DNA of 51,144 bases from Bacteroidales bacterium (GTDB lineage: Bacteria; Bacteroidota; Bacteroidia; Bacteroidales; VadinHA17), in NCBI GenBank assembly GCA_038245405.1, contig JBBRSO010000005.1, forward strand, positions 1 to 51,144, in the 5' to 3' direction. A program made the translations under genes and the position numbers. The stretch's first letter is position 1. Each line of letters begins with the position of its first letter. The notes below the pieces were generated by a model that ran no database searches, was not told the DNA's origin, and saw only the letters and a list, made by a program, of their open reading frames with translations. Below are positions 24,776 through 35,098 of the stretch, one piece after another.

Positions 24776-27700
24776 CTAGTTCTGCTTCACCCATTTGATT
24801 GCATCTCCAATCACAATCCTTCCCGACGATTTATTTGTAAGTACCACCCTTGCCGAATCTTTCGACAGATAATATCTGCCCAGATTATTCCATCCGCCAT
24901 CGGCTTGCATATAATCAATTGAAATATCGTCAACTCCTTCATCGTGGTAAACTTTAAAATGAAGATCCTTTATCTGATTGTCTCTATCTGAGTTATCTTC
25001 ACCGTCATCCTGATCTCCTCCTTTGACCTGCATCCTGTCAATTGTTTTGCCTATGTAGCAGTAAATATCATAATATCCTTTTCCGGTGATGGGAGTCATC
25101 CATGTAACAGATTTATCGCCTGATCCTGATCTTGTGTATATTGCCGACCTGATGTATTTACCATAATATGATGTAAGCACAACAGGTTGCCAGTACTCAG
25201 GAGTATTCCAATTGCTTATTTTCATATACGTGTTCCCATTCCTGTTCTTTACCCTAAGGAATTTTTTAAGTGGGCTTGTGGTATTTTGTTTGCTTGAAAT
25301 AAATCCCGGATCCTCGTTATCTACAATTATTTCAGATGGATCCGAAAACAGGGGCATTGAAAGAAGCGTTTCCTCTCCTGAGAACTCTTTGCTCTCACCC
25401 TTTGATTTTAATATTTCGGTGAAAGGAAACTCGATATCACCGGGAATATTTTTTGCCACGAGAGTATTTATCATCATTGTCCGTGGTTCCGCATCTAGTA
25501 CAATACCGATCCTTTTTGCTTCACGGGGGGCGAGGAATATAATCCTGGAGATATCTTCCGCATCCATGCCACGGCCTTTTTGAGAAAGACTGATTTTTTC
25601 ATCTGAAACTTTCTGACCACCCGTTTTGAACGATACATTGAACAAGCCTGCAACGGCTTCAGGGTTAGAAGCAATAAATGTGACCTGGTAGCGTGAACGA
25701 TCATCAACAACAATTTCAGTTGCTCTCAGACTAGTAAATAAGAACCCGGGTTGATCCTTGCTGTTATACCATGAATCGAGTGATGAAATGAAGTCAAATC
25801 CAAACTTTGCTTTTACATCAGAATAGAATTTTTGAATATTGATATTTTTAAACTGGTTATTATCAATGTATTCAGAAAACCACGGTTTGAATTCATTTAA
25901 TCCGGCTTTTGACCTTAAGAGGTTAAATAACCAGTCACCTTTTACAGTCAATACGTTTCGTAAAGTATCTTCTGATGGATTTTTTGATAAAAGTTCTTTG
26001 AAGCTAATATTCCTGAGTATGAGGTTCGCCTTATCGTTGTCTGATAGAACTCCCATCCCTGTCCTGAAATCATTGTTTTCATCGCCAGTTGTAAGGTGCT
26101 GAAGATGGGATTCAAACACTGCATTTATAACAGGGTATTCGGAAGAATAGAAGTTATTTTTAAAGAAATAGAAACTCGGACCAAGTCGGTATCTTGTAGG
26201 CTCGTTCAACATAATACCATTTTGCCATCTGAAATTTTCGCCACTTATAAATGCATTCCTGATACACCCATTGAATATCCTTACTTCCAGCTCTTTGTCG
26301 GTGATCACTTCATTGTTACGCGCCATCCGTCGCTTCTGATTTTTGAATCTCTTATGAAAGCCTGCATTATCAATTGTAGATAACTTCTCAGGAAGAAGTA
26401 CCATTGATGGTTGCACTTCTGCCCGTGTCTGTGTGTTTTTTTTAGGATAGGAATAGAATTGAACCGGAACCTCAACAAGACTAAGGGTTTTATATGGATA
26501 CTTTGTAGAAAAATTGGTTTCAAGTTCGCGCATTAAACCGGAAACCAGTGTCGGAAGAGTGTCTTTTAACTCACTCAGATCTTTTTTATAATAATCATTC
26601 CCCGGAAAATGGTAACTAATATAATCGATGGAGTCAACTGTGAGAGTATCTGACATATAGTTCCCCATCACAAGGGTTAATCCGGAAAGCGGGTTCTCAG
26701 ACCTGAAAAGATTGTAGCCGTTTTCAGTTGTCATTCTTCCCTGCGATATTGGCGAAAGACCTGGCTCGGTTTTGACATGCAATGTATACCTGGTAAAATC
26801 GAGTTTTATCTTTGCAGGGTTGGCAGGATAATAGTTGAGACTTGTTACAGGGTACCAGTGGGTCTCTGGCGTTAATAAGACATAATTTTTCTCAAGGAAT
26901 GACTGTCTTTTATTGACGTTCATCATAATAATCCTGTAGGGAGCAAGTCGCACATTGTCACTGTAGTATGGATAACAGAATGATTCGTTAATTGTACCGG
27001 AGTAGGAAATCACTACACTGTCAGAGGAGCCCGGATTGAGTAACTTGCCACTCTCAATTTCAATGATCTGATTTGTCCTGGTATATTTCAGATCAACTCC
27101 ACCTGAAGAGACCTTTTGAACTGCGAGTGATGGGTTTAACGAGAATAGGTACCGATCGAGGGCCGAGCGGTTTTCATTTATTATTTTTAGATTGGCGGTA
27201 GCTTCCATGGTTTCACCCTTATGGATAAATGTTATGTCAGCATCTGTTATTGTAGCGAAATTCTGATTTTCAAATTTCCTGTTTGTTTCAATAACTTCCT
27301 TCTTGAAATCTCTGGAAATACTGTATTCATAATATGTACGAAAACCAAAGATCGCTGTCCCTGCTGCAAATGCAACCATAAAAATTACTGTAAATACTCT
27401 CTGTATGCGTGATTGGGGCAATCGTTTGAATAACAAGACTGTTGCAAGTACCAGCGCCATGCCAGCGAAGAAATACATGAGTCTTTGACTAACAATAGCG
27501 CTTAGATTATCAAAACCAATTATGCCTGATTTGAATATGGGCATGCCGAAGGCCATGTAATCAAAAATATTCCCCATTCTGAACCACAGATAGAATATGT
27601 TGAGTGCAGCATAACCAAGAAGTACAAGAAATGTGATTGCCTGATTCCTGATAACCGACATTAAAAAGAATGCTAGGCCGAGGCTGTATATTATAGTAGG

Positions 27701-28165
27701 GACTGATAGAATGAGAAGATACCAGAGGTACGACATATAGTCAATTGTCATAGTCGTAGAGATAATGTTAACGATCATACCCATTGCAAGAACGACTATA
27801 TTAAGCCCCAGGAATAAACGCAGTATGCCCCAGGTCTTACCGATGATATACTCCAGATTCGACATCGACCTGGTGTATAATACTTCGTTGGTATCTAGTT
27901 TTTTATCTCTTTTAAGAAAGTCAGCCGCAAGGAAAATCACCACAAATGCCTGACCAATATTCAGAAGATAAAGATTCATCAGTGGTACTGAGGAAGGAAA
28001 TGAAACCAACTCCCAGGGCTCATCTCCTATGGGTGAGAAAAAACCTATGTTTATTATAGTAAAGATAAACAGCGCTCCCAGTGCGAAGAGCCTGAAGAAC
28101 CAGCTTCTTCTAAGTGTCTTCGCCTCATACCTGGCAACAGTTTTTATATTATTAAGAAATGCCAT
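24776..28165 (-). CDS. ABC-2 type permease (N-terminal ~280 aa, multi-TM) fused to a ~850-aa extracytoplasmic domain
   Basis: 1129 aa. The N-terminus MAFLNNIKTVARYEAKTLRRSWFFRLF... has 6-7 hydrophobic helices and an ABC-2-like loop (KLDTNEVLYTRSMSN). The rest is hydrophilic. The gene sits 13 nt downstream of the ABC ATPase gene. Confidence 0.7.
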   Translation of the reverse strand: MAFLNNIKTVARYEAKTLRRSWFFRLFALGALFIFTIINIGFFSPIGDEPWELVSFPSSVPLMNLYLLNIGQAFVVIFLAADFLKRDKKLDTNEVLYTRSMSNLEYIIGKTWGILRLFLGLNIVVLAMGMIVNIISTTMTIDYMSYLWYLLILSVPTIIYSLGLAFFLMSVIRNQAITFLVLLGYAALNIFYLWFRMGNIFDYMAFGMPIFKSGIIGFDNLSAIVSQRLMYFFAGMALVLATVLLFKRLPQSRIQRVFTVIFMVAFAAGTAIFGFRTYYEYSISRDFKKEVIETNRKFENQNFATITDADITFIHKGETMEATANLKIINENRSALDRYLFSLNPSLAVQKVSSGGVDLKYTRTNQIIEIESGKLLNPGSSDSVVISYSGTINESFCYPYYSDNVRLAPYRIIMMNVNKRQSFLEKNYVLLTPETHWYPVTSLNYYPANPAKIKLDFTRYTLHVKTEPGLSPISQGRMTTENGYNLFRSENPLSGLTLVMGNYMSDTLTVDSIDYISYHFPGNDYYKKDLSELKDTLPTLVSGLMRELETNFSTKYPYKTLSLVEVPVQFYSYPKKNTQTRAEVQPSMVLLPEKLSTIDNAGFHKRFKNQKRRMARNNEVITDKELEVRIFNGCIRNAFISGENFRWQNGIMLNEPTRYRLGPSFYFFKNNFYSSEYPVINAVFESHLQHLTTGDENNDFRTGMGVLSDNDKANLILRNISFKELLSKNPSEDTLRNVLTVKGDWLFNLLRSKAGLNEFKPWFSEYIDNNQFKNINIQKFYSDVKAKFGFDFISSLDSWYNSKDQPGFLFTSLRATEIVVDDRSRYQVTFIASNPEAVAGLFNVSFKTGGQKVSDEKISLSQKGRGMDAEDISRIIFLAPREAKRIGIVLDAEPRTMMINTLVAKNIPGDIEFPFTEILKSKGESKEFSGEETLLSMPLFSDPSEIIVDNEDPGFISSKQNTTSPLKKFLRVKNRNGNTYMKISNWNTPEYWQPVVLTSYYGKYIRSAIYTRSGSGDKSVTWMTPITGKGYYDIYCYIGKTIDRMQVKGGDQDDGEDNSDRDNQIKDLHFKVYHDEGVDDISIDYMQADGGWNNLGRYYLSKDSARVVLTNKSSGRIVIGDAIKWVKQN

Positions 28166-28178
28166 AGGTTAGTGCTTA

Positions 28179-29072
28179 TTAGTCAGAGATTTCGGTATGT
28201 AATTTATGCTCCATGAAATATACATACGCATGCTCAATATTCGGGATAATGTTTGTATAGGGGAATTCAGGAGCATTATCTGATACTATCTGAACTTCCC
28301 AGCCGGATTCTACAGGTATGGTGGAGATTACATTATAGTTCTCTTTTACCTTCTCATAATCAGTAGGGTTTAGAGTGAGTTTAAACACGTGACCCACAGC
28401 ATGTTTTACCAGTGTTTCAGGTGAGCCGGTAAATACAAGCTCGCCTTTGTTAAGTAGCGCCATTCCCTGACATGTAGAGGAGATATCTCCGACGATGTGT
28501 GTCGACAGGATTATAGTTACATCGTGCTGGCTTAATTGTGAAAGGATATTTCTGAATCTGATACGTTCATCGGGGTCGAGGCCTGTAGTAGGTTCATCAA
28601 CGACGATTAATCTTGGATTCCCGATAAGTGCCTGAGCTATGCCGAGACGTCTTTTCATTCCTCCTGATAATCTGTTTGCCTGCCGGTCGCGAACTTCCAG
28701 CAGCCCTACCTGATCCAGTAAGCGATCTACCTCCGTTATTCTTTCTTTTTTATTTTTCAAACCGGCCAGAGACCCTGAATAATCGAGGAACTCCCAGGTC
28801 TTCAGTGAAGTAAAAAACCTGAAATCCTGTGGAAGATAGCCAAGCATGGCTCTGAGCTCTTTCCTGTTTTTCTGAATATCTTTTCCATCAACAAGTACCA
28901 TTCCTGAGGAAGGTTTCATTAGAGTTACAAGAATCCTCATCAGACTCGATTTCCCTGCTCCGTTAGGACCAAGTAAACCGAACATGCCATTTCCGAACTC
29001 AAGATTAATATTCTTTAGCGCATGGTTGCCGTTAGGATATATCTGGTTTAGGTCGTGAATCTCAATTTTCAT
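28179..29072 (-). CDS. ABC transporter ATP-binding protein
   Basis: 297 aa. Walker A GLLGPNGAGKSS, signature LSGGMKRRLGIAQ and Walker B LIVVDEPTTGLDP are present. Confidence 0.9.
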   Translation of the reverse strand: MKIEIHDLNQIYPNGNHALKNINLEFGNGMFGLLGPNGAGKSSLMRILVTLMKPSSGMVLVDGKDIQKNRKELRAMLGYLPQDFRFFTSLKTWEFLDYSGSLAGLKNKKERITEVDRLLDQVGLLEVRDRQANRLSGGMKRRLGIAQALIGNPRLIVVDEPTTGLDPDERIRFRNILSQLSQHDVTIILSTHIVGDISSTCQGMALLNKGELVFTGSPETLVKHAVGHVFKLTLNPTDYEKVKENYNVISTIPVESGWEVQIVSDNAPEFPYTNIIPNIEHAYVYFMEHKLHTEISD

Positions 29073-29378
29073 AAAGTAAGGTTAACATCCGGAATTTCCC
29101 TGGAGATTTAGTTTAGACGATATAAAGACGTTCAAAATTTCAAATGTGACAAAAAATTAAGATGATTAATCAATTTTTTTTTGAATGATGCAAATTTTTT
29201 CGAAAGAATTCTTATAAGTTAACCAGAAATTTCTCTTGAAGATCCCTCGTTCATCCACCTTTACCATTCAGTGAATTTAAATATCAATTGAATCGCGGCT
29301 GCTTCCTTCCCCCCCACTCTCAAAAAGTCGAAAAAGACATTTTATCCTTCAGCATTGCGGATAAATGGGGTTAATTCC

Positions 29379-29386
29379 TAATTTTG
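29379..29386 (+). promoter_or_regulatory. Candidate Bacteroidota -7 promoter box (TAATTTTG matches TAnnTTTG)
   Basis: Exact match to the TAnnTTTG consensus, 16 nt upstream of the HD-gene start. No experimental support. Confidence 0.3.
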
Positions 29387-29401
29387 TAAAAAACAATCAA
29401 G

Positions 29402-30655
29402 GTGGTCTATCTGACAAACAAGCGAAAAATTATCAACGATCCTGTTTATGGATTTATAAGCATTCCGGGAGATTTCGTTTTCGACCTTATAGAACACCCA
29501 TGGTTTCAGAGACTTAGAAATATCAAGCAACTCGGGCTCACAAGTTTTGTGTATCCGGGGGCAACACACAGCAGGTTTCAGCACGGACTTGGCGCGCTAC
29601 ACCTGATGAACATGGCGATCGCCACCTTGCGCGACAAGGGTGTAAAGATTTCTGCTGAAGAAGAAGAAGCTACTCTGATAGCAATACTTCTTCATGATGC
29701 CGGACATGGACCATTTTCTCATGCACTCGAGAATTCAATAATAAGCGGAATAACACATGAAGACATTTCGCTTCTGCTTATGAAAAAGCTTGATGAAGAG
29801 TTTTTTGGAAGGCTCACGCTTGCAATTGACATATTCACAGGAACCTATCCAAGAAAATTTTTGCATGATTTGATCTCAGGTCAGGTGGATATGGACAGAC
29901 TTGATTACCTGAGGAGGGACAGTTTTTTTACCGGAGTGATCGAGGGCACAGTAGGTTCAGACAGGATAATAAGAATGCTAAATGTTATTGATGACAGTTT
30001 GGTTGTTGATGAGAAAGGGATCTACTCAATCGAAAAATTTCTTATTGCCCGAAGACTCATGTACTGGCAGGTTTATATGCATAAGACGGTTATTTCTTCA
30101 GAGAGTCTGCTTGTTAACATACTCAAACGGGCGAAAGAATTAGCAGATAGCGGATTTGAGCTTTATGCAACTCCGGCGTTGAGATTTTTTCTTTTTAATA
30201 ATGTTGGTCCTGAAGATCTGCTATCTGATGGAAAGTTTACTCCTGGTCTGATCGCCACAAACTTTACCAGGTTAGATGATTCTGATATAATGGTAGCGGC
30301 AAAATACTGGGCAGACCATTCCGATAAAGTTCTTTCTGATCTCTCGGGCAGACTACTGAGGCGAGATCTTTTCGCAATAGAATTGCAGAATGAACCGTTT
30401 TCTGATAAAAGAGTGAATGATTTGCGGAACCTTGTGAGGGATCAACTGGATGCAAAAGCAGGACTTGAGGGATATTATGTTTATACGAACAGCATCTCAA
30501 ATCTGGCATATACGCCTGATGCACCCATCGTTAATATACTTCTGAAAACTGGAAAAACTGCCGATATTTCAACTGTTTCGGATATGTTTGACCACAGATT
30601 TCTCTCTGAAAGAATTACAAAATACTTTCTATGTTATCCAAAAGAATGTCGATAA
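29402..30655 (+). CDS. HD domain-containing phosphohydrolase (dNTP triphosphohydrolase-like, COG1078 type)
   Basis: 417 aa. It has THSRFQHGLGALHL, LLHDAGHGPFSH and DMDRLDYLRRD motifs. The start is GTG and remains uncertain. The gene lies upstream of lpxD. Confidence 0.8.
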   Translation: MVYLTNKRKIINDPVYGFISIPGDFVFDLIEHPWFQRLRNIKQLGLTSFVYPGATHSRFQHGLGALHLMNMAIATLRDKGVKISAEEEEATLIAILLHDAGHGPFSHALENSIISGITHEDISLLLMKKLDEEFFGRLTLAIDIFTGTYPRKFLHDLISGQVDMDRLDYLRRDSFFTGVIEGTVGSDRIIRMLNVIDDSLVVDEKGIYSIEKFLIARRLMYWQVYMHKTVISSESLLVNILKRAKELADSGFELYATPALRFFLFNNVGPEDLLSDGKFTPGLIATNFTRLDDSDIMVAAKYWADHSDKVLSDLSGRLLRRDLFAIELQNEPFSDKRVNDLRNLVRDQLDAKAGLEGYYVYTNSISNLAYTPDAPIVNILLKTGKTADISTVSDMFDHRFLSERITKYFLCYPKECR

Positions 30656-30670
30656 TAAAAATTTAATCAT

Positions 30671-31708
30671 ATGGAATTTACTGCTTTAACAATCGCCGGA
30701 TTTTTGAATGGTGATATAGTGGGCGACCCCAATATTAAGGTAAACACTCTTGCCAAAATAGAAGAGGGGCAAACAGGAGCCTTATCATTTCTTTCCAACC
30801 CTAAATATGAACACTACATTTACGATACAAAATCATCAATAGTACTTGTTAATAAGAGCTTTGTGCCGACTACTAAAATAAGTGCCACTCTTATTAAGGT
30901 TGATAATGCTTACGATGCCTTTGCTTCTCTGCTCCGGCTTGTAGATCAATCGAGGCCACGCAAAACAGGAATCCACCCCGGTGCAATAATTGAACCTTCT
31001 GCTAAGATAGGAACTGATGTTTATATCGGACCTTTTTCCTATATAGGTGAAAATTGTATAGTCGGCGACGGTTGCTCTGTATATCCTCAGGTTTATATCG
31101 GCGACAACACAAAACTTGGGAATAAATGTGTCATCAATCCGGGAGTGAAGATTTATCACGATTGTATTATTGGTGAAGGCTGTATTATACATGCAGGATC
31201 TGTGATCGGCAGCGACGGATTCGGATTTGCACCACAGAATGATAATGAGTTTATTAAGATACCACAGCTTGGCAATGTAGTCCTTGAAGATCATGTCGAG
31301 ATCGGCTCTAATGTTACAATTGACAGAGCTACAATGGGTTCAACATATATTCGCAAAGGAGTCAAGCTCGATAATCTAATCCAGATAGGCCATAATGTTG
31401 AAATTGGTGAAAATACTGTTATGGCTGCCCAGACTGGTATTTCAGGTTCTACCAAAGTCGGGAAAAACTGCATGTTCGGAGGACAGGTTGGGTTGGCCGG
31501 ACATTTAAAGATTGCTAATGGAACAAAAATAGGAGCTCAGGCTGGGCTTCTCGGGGATGTTAAAGAAGAAAACACTATAATCATCGGTTCTCCGGCTATC
31601 GAAGTAAGAAATTTCATGAAGTCATCAATCATCTTCAGGAAATTACCTGAGATGAAGGTGAAGATTGATTCCCTGGAAAAAGAGTTGGAGTCTCTGAAAA
31701 AGAAGTAG
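30671..31708 (+). CDS. lpxD: UDP-3-O-(3-hydroxyacyl)glucosamine N-acyltransferase
   Basis: 345 aa. Hexapeptide-repeat left-handed beta-helix sequence with an LpxD-type N-terminal domain ([14 protein letters not shown]). It is in the context of lpxC/fabZ and lpxA. Confidence 0.9.
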   Translation: MEFTALTIAGFLNGDIVGDPNIKVNTLAKIEEGQTGALSFLSNPKYEHYIYDTKSSIVLVNKSFVPTTKISATLIKVDNAYDAFASLLRLVDQSRPRKTGIHPGAIIEPSAKIGTDVYIGPFSYIGENCIVGDGCSVYPQVYIGDNTKLGNKCVINPGVKIYHDCIIGEGCIIHAGSVIGSDGFGFAPQNDNEFIKIPQLGNVVLEDHVEIGSNVTIDRATMGSTYIRKGVKLDNLIQIGHNVEIGENTVMAAQTGISGSTKVGKNCMFGGQVGLAGHLKIANGTKIGAQAGLLGDVKEENTIIIGSPAIEVRNFMKSSIIFRKLPEMKVKIDSLEKELESLKKK

Positions 31709-31826
31709 ATTTGCCACATTTAGGAATGAATTGTCTGTGATAAATCCAGTTAAGGGATAATTTTCTGGATTGTTCGAATTTTTTTATTTTTTTTGTACCC
31801 GAAATTTAATTTAATAATTCTATTTG

Positions 31827-33221
31827 ATGAGTGAAAAACAAAGGACTCTTGCAAAAGAAATAAGCCTTACCGGAAAAGGTCTTCATACAGGTAACAACGT
31901 AACCATAACCTTTAAACCGGCACCAGCAAATCACGGTTATAAATTTTGCAGGATAGATCTCCCGGGGAAGCCTTTAATTGATGCACTTGCAGAACATGTT
32001 ACCGATACTTCAAGAGGAACCACTTTAGTGCAAAATAATGCTTCAGTTTCTACAATAGAGCATGTTATGGCTGCTTTCCATGGTCTCAGAGTCGATAATG
32101 CGCTCATAGAACTGAATGGTCCCGAAGCTCCTATAATGGGAGGCTCTGCCTGGAAGTTTGTTGAGGCGATCAAGGAAGCCGGAATTGTTGATCAGAGAGA
32201 AGACCGGAATTATTTTGTGGTAAAACAGAAGATCACCTATTCCGATGAAGAGCATGGGGTCGATCTTATTGTGTATCCTGATGATCATTTCAGTGTTAAT
32301 GTACTCATTGACTATAACTCCAAAATACTTGGAAACCAGTATTCAATTCTTGATTCAATCGACGACTTTGAGAAAGAAATAAGCAAGAGCCGGACATTCG
32401 TATTCTTTCATGAACTTGAGCCTCTTTTTAACCGCGGACTCATAAAAGGCGGTGATCTTGACAATGCAATTGTAATTCTTGAGAAAGAAGTTGAACAGAC
32501 TGAGATTGACCGTATAGCACATCTCTTTAACCGCCCCGGAATAAGTACACATACTGCAGGCATACTGAATAATACTGAACTAAGATATCCTAACGAACCT
32601 GCCCGTCATAAATTACTCGACATAATGGGCGATTTAGCTTTGGTAGGGCATCCTATTAAAGGGAAAATTGTTGCCACCCGTCCTGGCCACTATGCCAATA
32701 CGCGTTTAGCAAAAATTATACGTCAGGAAATGAAAAAGGCGTTATCAAAGCACGACATTCCACAATATGATGCTTCTAAACCGCCGATATTTACAGTTGA
32801 GGATATAAAGAAAAAACTGCCCCACAGATTTCCGTTTTTAATGGTCGATAAAATTATTGCACTCGATGAATCATCAATTGTAGGTATCAAGAATGTAACC
32901 TTCAATGAATCTTTCTTTCAGGGTCATTTTCCTGATGAGCCTGTTATGCCTGGCGTCCTTCTGATTGAAGCGCTGGCTCAGACAGGTGGTATCCTTGTAT
33001 TAAGCGCTGTAGAGGAACCTGAGAAATATTCAACATACTTTCTGAAAATCGATAAGCTTAAATTTAAACAAAAGGTAGTCCCCGGTGATACTGTGATTCT
33101 TAAAATGGAACTTTCCGACGTTATACGAAGAGGGATAGCCACTATGTTCGGACAAGCGTTTGTGGGGAACAAACTCGTACTCGAGGGAGAAATGACGGCA
33201 CAGGTAGTAAAAAACAAATAA
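31827..33221 (+). CDS. lpxC/fabZ: Bifunctional UDP-3-O-acyl-GlcNAc deacetylase / (3R)-hydroxyacyl-ACP dehydratase
   Basis: The LpxC part has GKGLHTGN, STIEHVMAA and HKLLD motifs. The FabZ hot-dog part has LPHRFPFLMVDKI and FFQGHFPDEPVMPGVL. The track start at 31824 is TTG; the ATG at 31827 is preferred. This fusion is typical of Bacteroidota. Confidence 0.9.
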   Translation: MSEKQRTLAKEISLTGKGLHTGNNVTITFKPAPANHGYKFCRIDLPGKPLIDALAEHVTDTSRGTTLVQNNASVSTIEHVMAAFHGLRVDNALIELNGPEAPIMGGSAWKFVEAIKEAGIVDQREDRNYFVVKQKITYSDEEHGVDLIVYPDDHFSVNVLIDYNSKILGNQYSILDSIDDFEKEISKSRTFVFFHELEPLFNRGLIKGGDLDNAIVILEKEVEQTEIDRIAHLFNRPGISTHTAGILNNTELRYPNEPARHKLLDIMGDLALVGHPIKGKIVATRPGHYANTRLAKIIRQEMKKALSKHDIPQYDASKPPIFTVEDIKKKLPHRFPFLMVDKIIALDESSIVGIKNVTFNESFFQGHFPDEPVMPGVLLIEALAQTGGILVLSAVEEPEKYSTYFLKIDKLKFKQKVVPGDTVILKMELSDVIRRGIATMFGQAFVGNKLVLEGEMTAQVVKNK

Positions 33222-33229
33222 TAAATTTA

Positions 33230-34003
33230 ATGATCTCTAATTTAGCATTTGTACATCCAAAAGCCCAATTGGGGAATGGTGTAATTGTTGAACCGTTTGC
33301 ATACATCTCCGGTAATGTAATTATTGATGATGAAACATGGGTAGGTCCAAATGCCACAATAATGGATGGAGCCAGGATCGGGAAAAACTGCAGGATATTT
33401 CCTTCCGCTGTTGTTTCAGGCATACCACAGGATCTTAAATTCAAGGGTGAAGATACAACTACTGAAATAGGCGACAACACTACTATAAGGGAGTGCGTTA
33501 CAGTAAACCGTGGTACCGTTGCGGTTGGTAAAACCATCATCGGAAACCACTGTCTTCTTATGGCATATTCTCATGTAGGTCACGATTGCCTGATAGGTAA
33601 TAATGTGATCATAGGTAATTTAACCGCACTTGCCGGAGAAGTCGATGTTGACGATTGGGCTATCCTCAGCGCCGGTACAATGGCTCACCAGTTTACACAC
33701 ATCGGAGCTCATGTTATATGCGGTGGTGGTGCAAAAATCAGAATAGACGTTCCTCCCTTTATTAAAGCTGATCGTGATCCTCTCTCATTCCTGGGCTTAA
33801 ATTCGGTGGGTCTTGCAAGAAGAGGGTTCGAAAAAGCCCGAATCGACGAAATTCATGAAATTTACAGGACAATTTATCAAAAAGGGATGAATATCTCACA
33901 GGCACTCGATTGTGTTGAACAAGAATTCAAATCATCTGCAGACAGAGATTATATTATTGAATTCATAAGGAAATCGGAGAGAGGGATCATCAGGGCAAGA
34001 TAA
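33230..34003 (+). CDS. lpxA: Acyl-ACP--UDP-N-acetylglucosamine O-acyltransferase
   Basis: 257 aa. Hexapeptide repeats plus an LpxA C-terminal helical domain (GLNSVGLARRGF). It follows lpxC/fabZ. Confidence 0.9.
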   Translation: MISNLAFVHPKAQLGNGVIVEPFAYISGNVIIDDETWVGPNATIMDGARIGKNCRIFPSAVVSGIPQDLKFKGEDTTTEIGDNTTIRECVTVNRGTVAVGKTIIGNHCLLMAYSHVGHDCLIGNNVIIGNLTALAGEVDVDDWAILSAGTMAHQFTHIGAHVICGGGAKIRIDVPPFIKADRDPLSFLGLNSVGLARRGFEKARIDEIHEIYRTIYQKGMNISQALDCVEQEFKSSADRDYIIEFIRKSERGIIRAR

Positions 34004-34009
34004 AAGATG

Positions 34010-35041
34010 TTACTCCTTCCAGCCCTGAGCTGAGATCTCAACTTCTGATCCGTCGTCGCCCCCAATATAATAACCTGATCCTTCGGATGTCATGTGCCCT
34101 ATGATTTTTACAGACTCCATCTGTCTTACTTTATCTACATCCTCAAGCGGCACGGTAAATAGAAATTCGTAATCTTCACCTCCGTTCAATGCAGGAACCA
34201 TTGGATCAATATTGAATTCTTCAGCCAGCCGCGTGGTTTCATAATCAATTGGTACCTTGCTATAGAAGATTTTGCATCCTGTACCGGATAATCTGCATAT
34301 ATGAATCAGATCAGATGCCAATCCGTCAGTTACATCTATCAAGGCTGAGGGAAATATTCCATTCTTACTGAGTTCGGTAAGAACTGAAATAGGTATCTCA
34401 GGTTTAAGTTGTCTGCCGATAACATATTCGAAACCAGTAAGGTCAGGCTGCGCAACTTTTTCCTTTACAAACAACTTTCTTTCCCTTTCGAGTAACTGAA
34501 GTCCTAAAAAAGCCGCGCCGAAATCACCCGTTACACAAATCAGATCATTAGCCTTAGCCCCATTTCTTTTTACAATCTTATCCTTATCTACAGTTCCGAT
34601 GGCAGTAACTCCGATTGTCATGCCTGTGATTGAGCTTGTCATATCTCCGCCAACCAGATCGACATTATATTTTTCGCACGCCAGTGAAATTCCTTCGTAA
34701 AGTTCCTCCACATTTTCAAGTTTGAATTTAGAACTTATGCCAAGTGCTATCATAAGCTGACCGGGCGTTCCATTCATAGCATAGATATCCGATATTGCCC
34801 TGATAACAGCCTTGTAGCCAAGGTGCCTGAAAGGAGTATAGATCAGATTGAAATGAATTCCTTCGAGAAGCAGATCAGTTGTCACAAGAGTCAGTTTTTT
34901 ACCTGAGTCTATAACAGCCGAATCATCCCCAATGCCAAGAATACTTGTCTTGGTGGAGTTTTTTATATTTTGAGTAAGGTGATTAATAAGCCCGAATTTC
35001 CCAAAATCGTTTATCGATTTTTTATTTTCAGTTTTGTCCAT
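34010..35041 (-). CDS. thiL: Thiamine-monophosphate kinase
   Basis: 343 aa with an AIR-synthase-like fold signature (GIGDDSAVI, TTDLLLEGIHF, GGDMTSS). Confidence 0.85.
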   Translation of the reverse strand: MDKTENKKSINDFGKFGLINHLTQNIKNSTKTSILGIGDDSAVIDSGKKLTLVTTDLLLEGIHFNLIYTPFRHLGYKAVIRAISDIYAMNGTPGQLMIALGISSKFKLENVEELYEGISLACEKYNVDLVGGDMTSSITGMTIGVTAIGTVDKDKIVKRNGAKANDLICVTGDFGAAFLGLQLLERERKLFVKEKVAQPDLTGFEYVIGRQLKPEIPISVLTELSKNGIFPSALIDVTDGLASDLIHICRLSGTGCKIFYSKVPIDYETTRLAEEFNIDPMVPALNGGEDYEFLFTVPLEDVDKVRQMESVKIIGHMTSEGSGYYIGGDDGSEVEISAQGWKE

Positions 35042-35098
35042 TCTTTTTTTTTTAAAACCTTTGTGCCTTTCAATTTAACTTACTTTCCCAAAGGTCGC

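Noticed and set aside
24776-28165. Calling the 1129-aa protein an M1 aminopeptidase fusion
   Set aside because: No HExxH or GxMEN-type motif is found anywhere in the sequence. The resemblance is only architectural and from memory, so I kept a neutral description.
29402-30655. HD-domain dNTPase-like gene as an anti-phage defence gene
   Set aside because: From memory, an HD-domain gene is commonly found next to this lipid A cluster (lpxD, lpxC/fabZ, lpxA) in Bacteroidota. There are no neighbouring defence or mobile genes, so it is most likely housekeeping.
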